30,155 nt of DNA from Euryarchaeota archaeon UBA623 (GTDB lineage: Archaea; Thermoplasmatota; Poseidoniia; Poseidoniales; Thalassarchaeaceae). Below the pieces are notes generated by a model. The model had not been told where the DNA came from. It was given only the letters and a program-made list of their open reading frames with translations, and did no database searches. Positions 16,440-25,255 of the stretch are shown piece by piece. How positions within the stretch are numbered: position 1 is the first letter of the stretch; each line of letters opens with the position of its first letter. The stretch spans positions 8,482-38,636 of the forward strand of contig DAUV01000105.1 of assembly GCA_002505325.1 (NCBI GenBank), given 5' to 3'. The position numbers were made by a program, and so were the translations under genes.

Positions 16440-19400
16440 TTAGTCCAGTTTGGGTGCTCGAGGTATCTCGTCCTCGTCTTCGAATACCGGTACGGATGGC
16501 AGTTCAACCGGAGTATTCTGCTGCCCCATGAGCGCATTCAAATCAGGTGCGGAGGGCAAATCGTAGTCCTGAAACTCTGGTGAGAGTGAGAACTTCTCTG
16601 GCTTCAGATTGTACGCCTCGTAAGCGTCTTTGAGTTTGCGTTTGTGCGATAATCTTCCCACGGCGTAGACGCAGCCGCCAATCACGGACAGTAGCACCAC
16701 GAGAATCGCAGCGAGTCCAGTAGGGGAAGTGACGTAGGAGAGTAACTTCTCTGAGAGTGTCTCCGGCGGTATCCATACATCCATATCTATGTCCCAGATG
16801 AAGACAGTAGTCTGCCCCGAGTCTACTAGGGTAGCAGTGATCTGCTGTGGCCCGCTACCTTGGTCGCACAAGTAGATGGTTAGGGTAGTGTCCCCTGCCT
16901 CACAGTCGATAGACTCGATGACGACCTCCCTCCCATCGAAGCTGACATTCTCCGTCAATGTGTAATCACCAAATTGCCATGACAGCGAGACGACGACATT
17001 TTCTGGTATCGAGTCTATACTGAGAACAAGACTCTCATTGACTGCGTCCCACAAGTGTACTTGGCGGAAGTCAGGGATAGTTGTGACCAAGTTCTTCCTA
17101 CTCAATCCATCATCGACTGCATCGTTGCAGTCGTCATCTCGGCCATTCCAAGTCTCGACTCCTGCGGGGTTGATGGTGCCGACAAGGTCATCACAGTCCT
17201 CAAAGTCATAGAATCCGTCCTCATCGCGATCGAAGTTGAACTGCTTGGGGTCTGAACCACTGACCATCACCTCATGACCGTCCGACATCCCGTCTGTGTC
17301 GCTGTCGGCCAGTTCCGGGTTAGTGGTAAAGTTGTGAAACTCGTCGAAGTCAGTCAGTCCGTCGTCGTCACTGTCGAGTTCGAAAAAGTCCTCGTCAACG
17401 ACTTCGTCACAGTCATTGTCCTTGCCATCGAGGACTTCGGGCTTGAGTGGCGCTCTATCGAAGTCCTCGTCTTCACAGTCTTGGAACCAGTACCAGCCGT
17501 CGGAATCAGCATCGTCGTCGTGGACCAGTGGATCGGCCCCCATCGAAGAGTACTCGTTGTACTCTAGTCCGTCGGGTAATCCGTCGTCGTCAGTGTCTCC
17601 ATCAAGGTGGTCGGTGGTGATATTGTGATACTCGTCGTAGTCGGTCAACCCATCATTGTCTGTATCACGGGTCCAATAATCCTCGTCGATTAGAAAGTCA
17701 CAGTCGTTGTCGAAGCCATCGAGTAGTTCGACGTGACCAGGGGATCGTTCACCATCTTCGTCATCACAGTCCTCAAACCAGTACCACAAGTCTGAATCAG
17801 AGTCGGGGTCATACACTAACGGGTCTGAGCCAAGGGCGGCGTAGGTGTTGACCTCCTCACCGTCATCCAATCCATCATCGTCGGTGTCGGAGTCCATGTA
17901 GTCGGTGCCGTGGACGTGGTATTCGTTCCAGTCCTTGAGTCCGTCGTTGTCTCTGTCAGTGAAGTTGTAACCCTCATCGACAAAGGTGTCGCAGTTGTCA
18001 TCGATATCGTTCAGTAGCTCCGGCCGGCCTGGATTGACATTTGGGTCTGTATCATTACAGTCATTGAAGTGATAAAATAAATCGGAGTCGGCATCAGGAT
18101 CGTACCAAAGAGGGTCACTCTGCCAGAAGTTAATTTCAGCACCATCGCTCAGCCCATCATCATCAGTGTCGGAATCGAGTGGGTCGGTACCAGTAGTAGT
18201 CACTTCAGACGAATCGCTCAGCCCATCAAGGTCGGTATCAACAGCCAATGGGTCTGTTCCATGTACCATCACTTCATCGAAGTCGCTCAATCCATCATCG
18301 TCAGTATCGGAGTCATAGGGATCAGTACCGTATACCAGCGTCTCATTCTCGTCGCTCAGCCCGTCGTCATCGTGGTCGTAGTCTATGTCTACTCCATGCA
18401 ATAATAACTCCCATGAACCTAGTGTGCCAGTTCCGCCCGAAGATGTGTCACGTACCTTCAGCGTCCAATTTCCCAATGAAGACTCATCCCAGTGTCTTAC
18501 AGTGCTAAACATCCAGTTAGAGTAGTGGTTTCCATTGTCGTTGCGCGACTCAGCCAACCAAGACTCAGTTCCGGAAGGAGAGACTAGTACGATATCGAGG
18601 TCTCCTCTCGCAGTGTGAGTTATGTCGACCACCACATCTACGCTCTCGAGTGAGTAATCGTTTGGAACCATGGTCGTGAACTCGGTCCAATCAGGCGTAT
18701 CATCAGGGATGTCCGTCGAAGGAGTATAGGGCCCGTAGGTGGAGTTCAACTCATCTCCTACGTTAATCCAGTTCTCGGCTACAGAGACGGCAGCGCCGGC
18801 ATCCACCACTCCGAAACCGTACTTATGTGAGACGTCGTGCCCGGCGCCGTTTACGTCCCATGACCAGTCACTGGCATCATTCATGCGCGCACTGTTGACT
18901 AGAACGTGTTGCACATCCCTCCAAGTCAGGTTTTCGTTGGCGTCGAGTATCAGCGCAATGACTCCAGCGGCCAACGGGGTGGCGCTAGAAGTGCCGCCGA
19001 AGGTATGAGTCACGTTGCCGCTGCTGTTGTAGCCGCCTGTGCCGGAGATATCGGTCGTGGTGATGCCTTCGCCGTCACCATTGGAGTGAGCTGCGACGAG
19101 TATGTTCGCCCCCGGCTCAGCGTAATAGGATTGGTCACCGTCATGGTTGATTGCGGTGACGGCTATGGTGAAGCGACTGTTGGCGTAACCGTCGTAGTTT
19201 GAGTTATCATCCGAGCCAAGGCCGTTGCCTGCAGCCCATGTGATTAGGTTACCCAATCCCTCACGTCCGTTGTAGGCATCACTTTCGAAGGCCGCCAGAG
19301 TTAGCGGCCCGGGCGCCTCTAGGGTCTGACCGTCATCGGCAGGGCCCCAAGAATTAGTGTAAATATCGATATCGTCACTCTCGTAACTAAGCGCATCAGC

Positions 19401-20225
19401 TTCAGTCGCATCACCAGCCCAGCACGCAATCAGCGTCGAGCCAGCAATGGTTGCGTTGAATGCGACTCCGGTGACGTCCAGTGCGTTGTTCCCGACGGCA
19501 GCAGCCACTCCGGCTACGGCCGTGCCGTGACCGTTCCAGCTGGAAGGACTGGGATCACTATCGTCGTCACACCAGTCGTACGAGAGTAGCGATGAGTAGT
19601 GGGGACTGAGGTCGCTGTGGGCATGATCGAGCCCGTCATCGACCACACTGATTACTACCCCAGATCCGGTGTAGGTGTCCCATGTGCTGGTGACGTTGAC
19701 ATCCTCTCCCGATAAGCCGTTGGTCTGGCCGGTGTTCTCAAGGTGCCACTGCGCGGAGAACTCCGTGTCGTTCGGCGAGAGTCGCGGTTCCTGCTTCTTA
19801 TCCAACAGTGGCGAGAATGATTCAATTTCTCCCGCTTCAAGAGACTGCTGGAGCAGAACCATCGACTTGAGTGGGTTGTCGAAAACCCAGATGTAGGCTC
19901 CCCGAAGAATCGGAGCCGGTTCGCTCAATTCAGGCGCTGCCTTAGTCAATTGGTGCTTTTCAAGAGGAACTCTTGTGACGACAAGCCACTCGTGCACTTC
20001 TTCGAGGTCACCCTCCGAGTAAACACTCATGTCCCCGACTCTTTCAAAGGCCAACTGCACGGCCCGTGAGTATGTCGGCAGTATCTCGTCGCCCTCTATT
20101 CCAAGGCCTACCGGCTGCTCCGCACCACCAGCAATCACGCCCCCAAAGGGGGCGAATAGGAGGATGATGAGTACTGCTAGCGCCGTGCGCATGACCGAAC
20201 TCGAACGCATTCGACATTTAGCCAT
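16440..20225 (-). CDS. Membrane-anchored kexin/furin-like S8 protease with P domain and Asp/Cys-rich Ca-binding repeats
   Basis: Signal region RTALAVLIILLFAP; triad VVDDG, NGHGTAVAG and GGTSSATP; oxyanion AAGNG; SWGPADDG; P domain (VDVVVDITHTARGDLDIVLVSPSGT...GNWTLKVRD); DxDxDGLxD and DCxD...DNDCD repeats; C-terminal TM helix. Start moved from 20294, which lies inside the upstream gene, to ATG 20225; 20210 and 20192 are alternatives. Confidence 0.92.
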   Translation of the reverse strand: MAKCRMRSSSVMRTALAVLIILLFAPFGGVIAGGAEQPVGLGIEGDEILPTYSRAVQLAFERVGDMSVYSEGDLEEVHEWLVVTRVPLEKHQLTKAAPELSEPAPILRGAYIWVFDNPLKSMVLLQQSLEAGEIESFSPLLDKKQEPRLSPNDTEFSAQWHLENTGQTNGLSGEDVNVTSTWDTYTGSGVVISVVDDGLDHAHSDLSPHYSSLLSYDWCDDDSDPSPSSWNGHGTAVAGVAAAVGNNALDVTGVAFNATIAGSTLIACWAGDATEADALSYESDDIDIYTNSWGPADDGQTLEAPGPLTLAAFESDAYNGREGLGNLITWAAGNGLGSDDNSNYDGYANSRFTIAVTAINHDGDQSYYAEPGANILVAAHSNGDGEGITTTDISGTGGYNSSGNVTHTFGGTSSATPLAAGVIALILDANENLTWRDVQHVLVNSARMNDASDWSWDVNGAGHDVSHKYGFGVVDAGAAVSVAENWINVGDELNSTYGPYTPSTDIPDDTPDWTEFTTMVPNDYSLESVDVVVDITHTARGDLDIVLVSPSGTESWLAESRNDNGNHYSNWMFSTVRHWDESSLGNWTLKVRDTSSGGTGTLGSWELLLHGVDIDYDHDDDGLSDENETLVYGTDPYDSDTDDDGLSDFDEVMVHGTDPLAVDTDLDGLSDSSEVTTTGTDPLDSDTDDDGLSDGAEINFWQSDPLWYDPDADSDLFYHFNDCNDTDPNVNPGRPELLNDIDDNCDTFVDEGYNFTDRDNDGLKDWNEYHVHGTDYMDSDTDDDGLDDGEEVNTYAALGSDPLVYDPDSDSDLWYWFEDCDDEDGERSPGHVELLDGFDNDCDFLIDEDYWTRDTDNDGLTDYDEYHNITTDHLDGDTDDDGLPDGLEYNEYSSMGADPLVHDDDADSDGWYWFQDCEDEDFDRAPLKPEVLDGKDNDCDEVVDEDFFELDSDDDGLTDFDEFHNFTTNPELADSDTDGMSDGHEVMVSGSDPKQFNFDRDEDGFYDFEDCDDLVGTINPAGVETWNGRDDDCNDAVDDGLSRKNLVTTIPDFRQVHLWDAVNESLVLSIDSIPENVVVSLSWQFGDYTLTENVSFDGREVVIESIDCEAGDTTLTIYLCDQGSGPQQITATLVDSGQTTVFIWDIDMDVWIPPETLSEKLLSYVTSPTGLAAILVVLLSVIGGCVYAVGRLSHKRKLKDAYEAYNLKPEKFSLSPEFQDYDLPSAPDLNALMGQQNTPVELPSVPVFEDEDEIPRAPKLD
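17100..18385 (-). repeat. Intragenic array of alternating DxDxDGLxDxxE (TSP3-like) and DCxDxD..PG..E..D..DNDCD..VDE modules
   Basis: Four Cys-containing modules (DCNDTD...DDNCD, DCDDED...DNDCD, DCEDED...DNDCD, DCDDLV...DDDCN) alternate with runs of D(T/S)DDDGL(S/T/D/P)D units in the translation. Confidence 0.85.
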
Positions 20226-20250
20226 TCGTCTGTAGCGTGAAGCACCTGCT

Positions 20251-21507
20251 TCACGACTGAGGGAACTCCGAGATGGCTGCATGGACCTCTTCATCAGTCA
20301 TCATTCTACGCTGTCCCTTGGCCACCTCAAACAAGTTCGATACCAGTTCGTCAGTCGCTACGTAGCCGTTCTGCTGTAGCCACCAGATTATGTTGGAGCG
20401 TCCACTCATGTGACCTATCCGGATTACCTGCTGCAATCCATAGTCCGCAGCAGGTACTCCAGAGTAAACGCGGTCTGCGAGCCACTGGTCGCCCTTCTTC
20501 ATCGCCTTGACCACCGCGGACGCGTGTACACCTGTTCCGGTCTCGAAGGCGTCCTCGCCGAATACAGGGTAGTTGCGAGGCAGAGCAACTTCGACGTATT
20601 CGTGCGCCTTACGCACGTAATCGTTTAGGGCAGTCAAGTCATTGCTGATTACCCCCATAAGACTGAGATTTACAAGCGTCTGGTCGAGAGGGGCGTTTCC
20701 GGCCCTCTCGCCCACTCCAAGAGCAGTTCCGTGGATAACATCGGCCCCAGCCTCGTAGGCAGCGAGATTGTTGGCAACCCCCAGTCCACGGTCTTGATGT
20801 CCGTGCCAGTTGACCTCGATGTCTCGGCGCTTCACCCCTGCATCGGGTATCACTTCGTCCTGAATGAAAGAGAGCAACTTGTGGACTCCGTTGGGAGTAA
20901 CGTGCCCGCATGTGTCGCAAACACAGATTCGGTCAGCACCAAGCTCCAGTGCCCTAGTGTATACGGCTTTGATCTCCTCTGGTTTACTGCGCGTGGTGTC
21001 CTCGGTGACAAACATCACTGGGATGTCGTTGTCGATAGCGAATGAAACAGCCTTCTCAGCCGTTGAGATAATCTTCTCCATCGTCCAGTCTTCAGCATAC
21101 TGACGAATTGGGCTGGTCCCTAGGAAGGCGCTAGCCTGTATCTGCCGTTCGTGCTTGGCCTGCAGATCTACCAGCGGTTCGATATCGCTCACCACTGTGC
21201 GAACAGCGCATCCGGGGCGCAGCGCGTAGTCGTTCTCACCCATGTGAGTGAGCATTGCGTCGATATGACCGACATGGAATGGGCCAGCACCAGGAAGTCC
21301 GAGATCCGCTTTCTGGATTCCAAGGGTCTCCATGAAGTCAATCAACTCAATCTTCTGTTCGATGGTCGGGTTGCGAGCACTCGGGCTCTGCAGGCCATCA
21401 CGCAAGGTCTCGTCGTCGAACCACAATTCATGAGGGTGGTTCGACCCATTACGCTCAATCTCGTAATCTATCTCGTTCCAATCGTAAATCAGGTCCTGCT
21501 CATCCAT
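20251..21507 (-). CDS. DRE-TIM metallolyase, LeuA/homocitrate-synthase family, without a C-terminal regulatory domain
   Basis: DETLRDGLQS, FVTEDTTRS, VCDTCGHVTP, WHGHQDRGLGVAN (HxH), GVGERAGNAPL, FETGTGVHASA and IGHMSGRSN. SD GAGGTG. Substrate cannot be assigned from sequence alone. Confidence 0.85.
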   Translation of the reverse strand: MDEQDLIYDWNEIDYEIERNGSNHPHELWFDDETLRDGLQSPSARNPTIEQKIELIDFMETLGIQKADLGLPGAGPFHVGHIDAMLTHMGENDYALRPGCAVRTVVSDIEPLVDLQAKHERQIQASAFLGTSPIRQYAEDWTMEKIISTAEKAVSFAIDNDIPVMFVTEDTTRSKPEEIKAVYTRALELGADRICVCDTCGHVTPNGVHKLLSFIQDEVIPDAGVKRRDIEVNWHGHQDRGLGVANNLAAYEAGADVIHGTALGVGERAGNAPLDQTLVNLSLMGVISNDLTALNDYVRKAHEYVEVALPRNYPVFGEDAFETGTGVHASAVVKAMKKGDQWLADRVYSGVPAADYGLQQVIRIGHMSGRSNIIWWLQQNGYVATDELVSNLFEVAKGQRRMMTDEEVHAAISEFPQS

Positions 21508-21569
21508 TGCCCCACCTCGCTTTACGACGCAACGCGATGGTGCACTCGGTGTTTGAAGCCATCGGGCTC

Positions 21570-22607
21570 TCAGGACTTCGCCCGGGTCTCGCTACGAACC
21601 ATTGCAGTCACAGATAGAATAGCACCTATTCCGGCGCCCAGTAGCCCGAAACTGGCTGCGACTAGAACTATGAACATCAGGGCTAGATAAAGCATGGAGA
21701 CGAAGAAGGAGCGGACGGCCGTCGGTATCCTCCCAGTGGGGTCGCGTTGCTCGCTGAGGTCCACTCTCCAGACTGTGCTTGAGTACCAGATGCTCAGTCC
21801 AATTGTTGTCAAGCCGAGGACTTGATAGATGGTATCACTCTCATTTATGCCACCGTAACTCATTGGGGCGGCTGCCGACAAAATCACTAGAAGCACAGCG
21901 TATGCCTTCATCTCGTGAACCGTCCTTTCTGGTCCCTTGACATTCGGCATCATCGGGATGCCCACATTCCCATACTCTTCGGAACGGTACAGTGCTAGCG
22001 CCCAGAAGTGAGGTGGAGTCCACAGGAAGATTAGCAGGAACATGAACCACGGCATCAGACTGCCTAGGTCGAGGAGAGACTCCAGCATAATCTGGGCTGA
22101 GTCAGTAGCTACCGTGAGTTCGCCCTCGGCCGCTGCCCAGCCTATTACGGGCGGAGTCGAGCCGGCGATACCGCCGATAACTATGTTCTGCGGCGTCGTA
22201 CGCTTCAGCCATATGCTGTAGATGAATACGTAGAACAGGATACTGAAAGCCGACCAGAATGCAGCTACTGAGTTAGCCAGTATCTCAAACCACGCTACTC
22301 CGAGAAGTGACAAGGCAACCCCGAATCCCAGAGCGGCGTTGGCCGAGACCTCACCCGCAGGCACGGGACGACTCTTTGTGCGCGTCATCAGCGGATCGAT
22401 GTCCCTGTCATACCACATGTTGATCGCGTTGGCGCCTCCAGCGCTCAGATACCCTCCTACGAATACCACCAGCATTGTCCACACTGTGTTTGCATCTAGT
22501 CCGCCGCCGAGTTGGTCATGCACAAGCACGGCGCACAACGCAGTAATCTGCAGAAGCACGACCACCCCTGGCTTTGTCAGAGTGAAGTATGGTCTCAGAT
22601 TACTCAT
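21570..22607 (-). CDS. ctaB: Protoheme IX farnesyltransferase (heme O synthase)
   Basis: LTKPGVV, NMWYDRDIDPLMTRTKSRP, LKRTTPQNIVIGGIAG and LWTPPHFWAL. SD GGAGG precedes ATG 22607, overlapping the ctaA stop. Confidence 0.95.
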   Translation of the reverse strand: MSNLRPYFTLTKPGVVVLLQITALCAVLVHDQLGGGLDANTVWTMLVVFVGGYLSAGGANAINMWYDRDIDPLMTRTKSRPVPAGEVSANAALGFGVALSLLGVAWFEILANSVAAFWSAFSILFYVFIYSIWLKRTTPQNIVIGGIAGSTPPVIGWAAAEGELTVATDSAQIMLESLLDLGSLMPWFMFLLIFLWTPPHFWALALYRSEEYGNVGIPMMPNVKGPERTVHEMKAYAVLLVILSAAAPMSYGGINESDTIYQVLGLTTIGLSIWYSSTVWRVDLSEQRDPTGRIPTAVRSFFVSMLYLALMFIVLVAASFGLLGAGIGAILSVTAMVRSETRAKS

Positions 22608-23640
22608 CGGCAACCTCCGCTACAGGTGCCATCATCGTCCCCATCCAAGCTGTAGATAGGACGATGAAAGAGAGTGAGGCTACAAGCAGATGGATTAGCG
22701 AGAGATACTCGGTGTAACCGTCACTGATGTTCCATGATAGGATATACAAGGCTCCGATGCTGATGTTTACCAGATACAGTATGGTAGACGCCCAGAACCA
22801 CTTGCACAACACACTGTCCAATCCAAATTCCTTCCAGGCCAACCACGATGCCCCCAATAGACTGGCTGCGACTCCAACTACCATCCATCTATGGATAATC
22901 TGGGACTGAAGCACCCAGTCGTGAACCGATGAAATCAATTCTCCGTGGCACAATGGCCACGATTCAAACAAACCGTTGACCCCGCAAGCGGAGTTCGCTC
23001 CATGGGTGGTCGAAACGAAAGCGCCTGAGAACAGTGTGAACAAGATTCCCGTTGAAATCCAGAACAGCCAACCCCTCCACTTTTTTGAAGTCGGCCCGAA
23101 GTTTGCCCAATCAGGCAGTTTGCTATGGTCTCTTGATATCGCTAGCCAGAGCCAGATTAGACTGAGCATGAATGCTAGGGCCGAGCCCAAATGCAGAGCG
23201 ACACTCCAGTGTTCGTTGTCCATACTGACTGTCAGCCACCCTACAGCCCCCTGCCATACTATCAGAGCCACAGCAACGCTGGAGGCTAGATAAACCTCGG
23301 AACCAAGTCCATCTTCACGCCTGACAATCAGCCAATTGAGAAAAACCAGAGGTCCTAGAACGGCTCCTGCGAGCAGCCGGTGCGCCCACTCTGTGAAGAT
23401 CTGAAAAGTTGTGTAACGGTGACCACTGCCCCTTGAGTCAAACTCGTCGGGATGGGCCTCATACCATGCCCCTTGCTCGGCCTCCGAGACATCAAAGCCA
23501 ATCGTGCCAAAGCAGGTCGGCCAGTCTGGACATGATTCCCCAGCGTCGTAGATTCGAATCACGCCACCGAGGGCGATGACAAGGAAGGTGACTATCACTA
23601 AAGCCCCAGTCAATCGCTTGGCCTGAATCTTGTCGAGCAA
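22600..23640 (-). CDS. ctaA: Heme A synthase, type 1
   Basis: ESCPDWPTC Cys pair, EWAHR, VALHL, second Cys pair ACG...WPLC, IIHR and LIHL (four His). About eight hydrophobic segments. Immediately upstream of ctaB. Confidence 0.9.
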   Translation of the reverse strand: MLDKIQAKRLTGALVIVTFLVIALGGVIRIYDAGESCPDWPTCFGTIGFDVSEAEQGAWYEAHPDEFDSRGSGHRYTTFQIFTEWAHRLLAGAVLGPLVFLNWLIVRREDGLGSEVYLASSVAVALIVWQGAVGWLTVSMDNEHWSVALHLGSALAFMLSLIWLWLAISRDHSKLPDWANFGPTSKKWRGWLFWISTGILFTLFSGAFVSTTHGANSACGVNGLFESWPLCHGELISSVHDWVLQSQIIHRWMVVGVAASLLGASWLAWKEFGLDSVLCKWFWASTILYLVNISIGALYILSWNISDGYTEYLSLIHLLVASLSFIVLSTAWMGTMMAPVAEVADE

Positions 23641-23707
23641 CTAAAACCTCTCCTCTGAGAGAGCCTCGGTGTTCAAACAAATAGACTTGCCCGAACCGAT
23701 GCGGAAC

Positions 23708-23962
23708 TCACTCTGTGTGAGGGTCTACATCAATCGGTATACGGTGCTGCTCGTATTCCAGCATCGCTATCTTGTTGGGGTCCAGAACTACTCTCCACTG
23801 TGCCTCTTCAACACCATACAGCTGAATCAACTCGTCGCTGAAGTGTTGACGTAATTCGTCCTCGGTTACGAAGAGAGGGGCTCCCATGCTGATCTGAAGC
23901 GCTCTCGCACCGATAATCCTCGCCTTTTCGAAGCGTGTGTGGGGTCTTGCGGGCTCTACCAT
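23708..23962 (-). CDS. rpoK: DNA-directed RNA polymerase subunit Rpo6 (K)
   Basis: [21 protein letters not shown] signature, then DP..IA..E......IPI after an extended central segment. Confidence 0.95.
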   Translation of the reverse strand: MVEPARPHTRFEKARIIGARALQISMGAPLFVTEDELRQHFSDELIQLYGVEEAQWRVVLDPNKIAMLEYEQHRIPIDVDPHTE

Positions 23963-24036
23963 CGGCCGGGCGACCAGCGACCCCCAAATAAGGCCTATGA
24001 CAAACTAGTCGCCCCCACAGGGGGCGTGCAATCCCC

Positions 24037-25197
24037 TCAATCGCGCTCTACCATCATGGCAACGGCGTTGCCTCCGCCGAGGCATATTGTCACGATGCCA
24101 CGGTGCCCTCCGGTGCGCTCGAGGGCGTTCACCAGAGTCATCAGGCAGCGCGTACCGGTGGCTCCTAGCGGATGGCCTATTGCCACCGCCCCCCCATGTG
24201 GATTGAAATGGCCCTCTGGAGCGCCAAGAGCCATCTGAATGGCACACGAGGCCGCAGCGAAGGCTTCGTTATGCTCTAGAATGTCGATGTTCTCCATGCT
24301 CATCCCGGTCTGCTCGAGGAGTTTGTGAACGGTTGGGATGGGGGCGGCCATCACCCGGTGCGACTCGACACCCGAGGTAGCATAGCCGACAATACGCGCA
24401 AGTATGGGCAGACCATGCTGTTTAGCAGTATCTTCGGATGCAATCAGCACTGCCGAGGCTCCGTCCGAGACCTGACTGGAGTTTCCCGCTGTGACCTGCC
24501 CACCTTCTGTGAAAACGGCTGCTAGGCCACCTAGGGATTCCATAGTCGAGCCGCTGCGAATACCCTCGTCACGCTCTAGCCCACCTACAGCAAACACCTC
24601 TTTGTCTAACCAGCCTTCTTCCCAAGCCTTGTTGGCCAGAGCGTGCGAACGCACGGCGAAAGCATCGGACTGCTCCCGTGTGATGCCATTCTCGTTAGCA
24701 ATAGTCTCACCTGTGTTTCCCATTGACTCGCCGGTGTATGCATCCTTTAGACCGTCGTGCACAAGCACTGATTCCAATGAGGCATAGGAGATGTCATCGC
24801 CGCGTCTGGCTCCTCTGATGAAGTGAGGGGCGTTACTCATTGACTCCATCCCTCCAGCCACTACGAGGCTCGAGACACCAGCGCTGATTTCTGTAGCTGC
24901 TATCATAGCAGCTTTGAGACTTGAACCGCAGACTTTGTTGATGGTGGTGCAGGGAGTGCTGACTGGTAAGCCTGCATTGACTGCTACCTGTCTAGCAGGG
25001 GCTTGTCCGGCACCGGTTTGTAGGACGTGGCCCATGTAGACCTGGTCAATGAGACCACTCGATGGATCGATATCAGCTCGTTGCAATAGCTCCTTCACAG
25101 CCAGCGTACCGAGTTCGGTGGCACTGAAACCGGACAGAGCACCACGGTGCTTCCCCACGGGGGTCCGGGCATAGGCGCAGATGACCGCTTGCGGCAT
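24037..25197 (-). CDS. Acetyl-CoA C-acyltransferase (thiolase, bacterial type)
   Basis: ARTPVG, NKVCGSS (catalytic Cys), AGGMESMS, GNSSQVSDGA, NEAFA, GHPLGATG and TICLGGG. Start moved to ATG 25197 because 25278 lies inside the TDO gene. Confidence 0.93.
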   Translation of the reverse strand: MPQAVICAYARTPVGKHRGALSGFSATELGTLAVKELLQRADIDPSSGLIDQVYMGHVLQTGAGQAPARQVAVNAGLPVSTPCTTINKVCGSSLKAAMIAATEISAGVSSLVVAGGMESMSNAPHFIRGARRGDDISYASLESVLVHDGLKDAYTGESMGNTGETIANENGITREQSDAFAVRSHALANKAWEEGWLDKEVFAVGGLERDEGIRSGSTMESLGGLAAVFTEGGQVTAGNSSQVSDGASAVLIASEDTAKQHGLPILARIVGYATSGVESHRVMAAPIPTVHKLLEQTGMSMENIDILEHNEAFAAASCAIQMALGAPEGHFNPHGGAVAIGHPLGATGTRCLMTLVNALERTGGHRGIVTICLGGGNAVAMMVERD

Positions 25198-25255
25198 GAC
25201 CCACTCGAGAGGCGAGCGAGCCTTCAATGGTCCGATTGACGAGTCGTGCCGACGA

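Noticed and set aside
17100-18385. Repetitive DNA as a CRISPR array or diversity-generating element
   Set aside because: The repeats are in frame and degenerate at synonymous positions, so they are protein repeats. There are no cas or reverse transcriptase genes.
23400-23520. Long first extracellular loop in CtaA
   Set aside because: Loop length after the first Cys pair is variable among type 1 heme A synthases, and all four His are intact.
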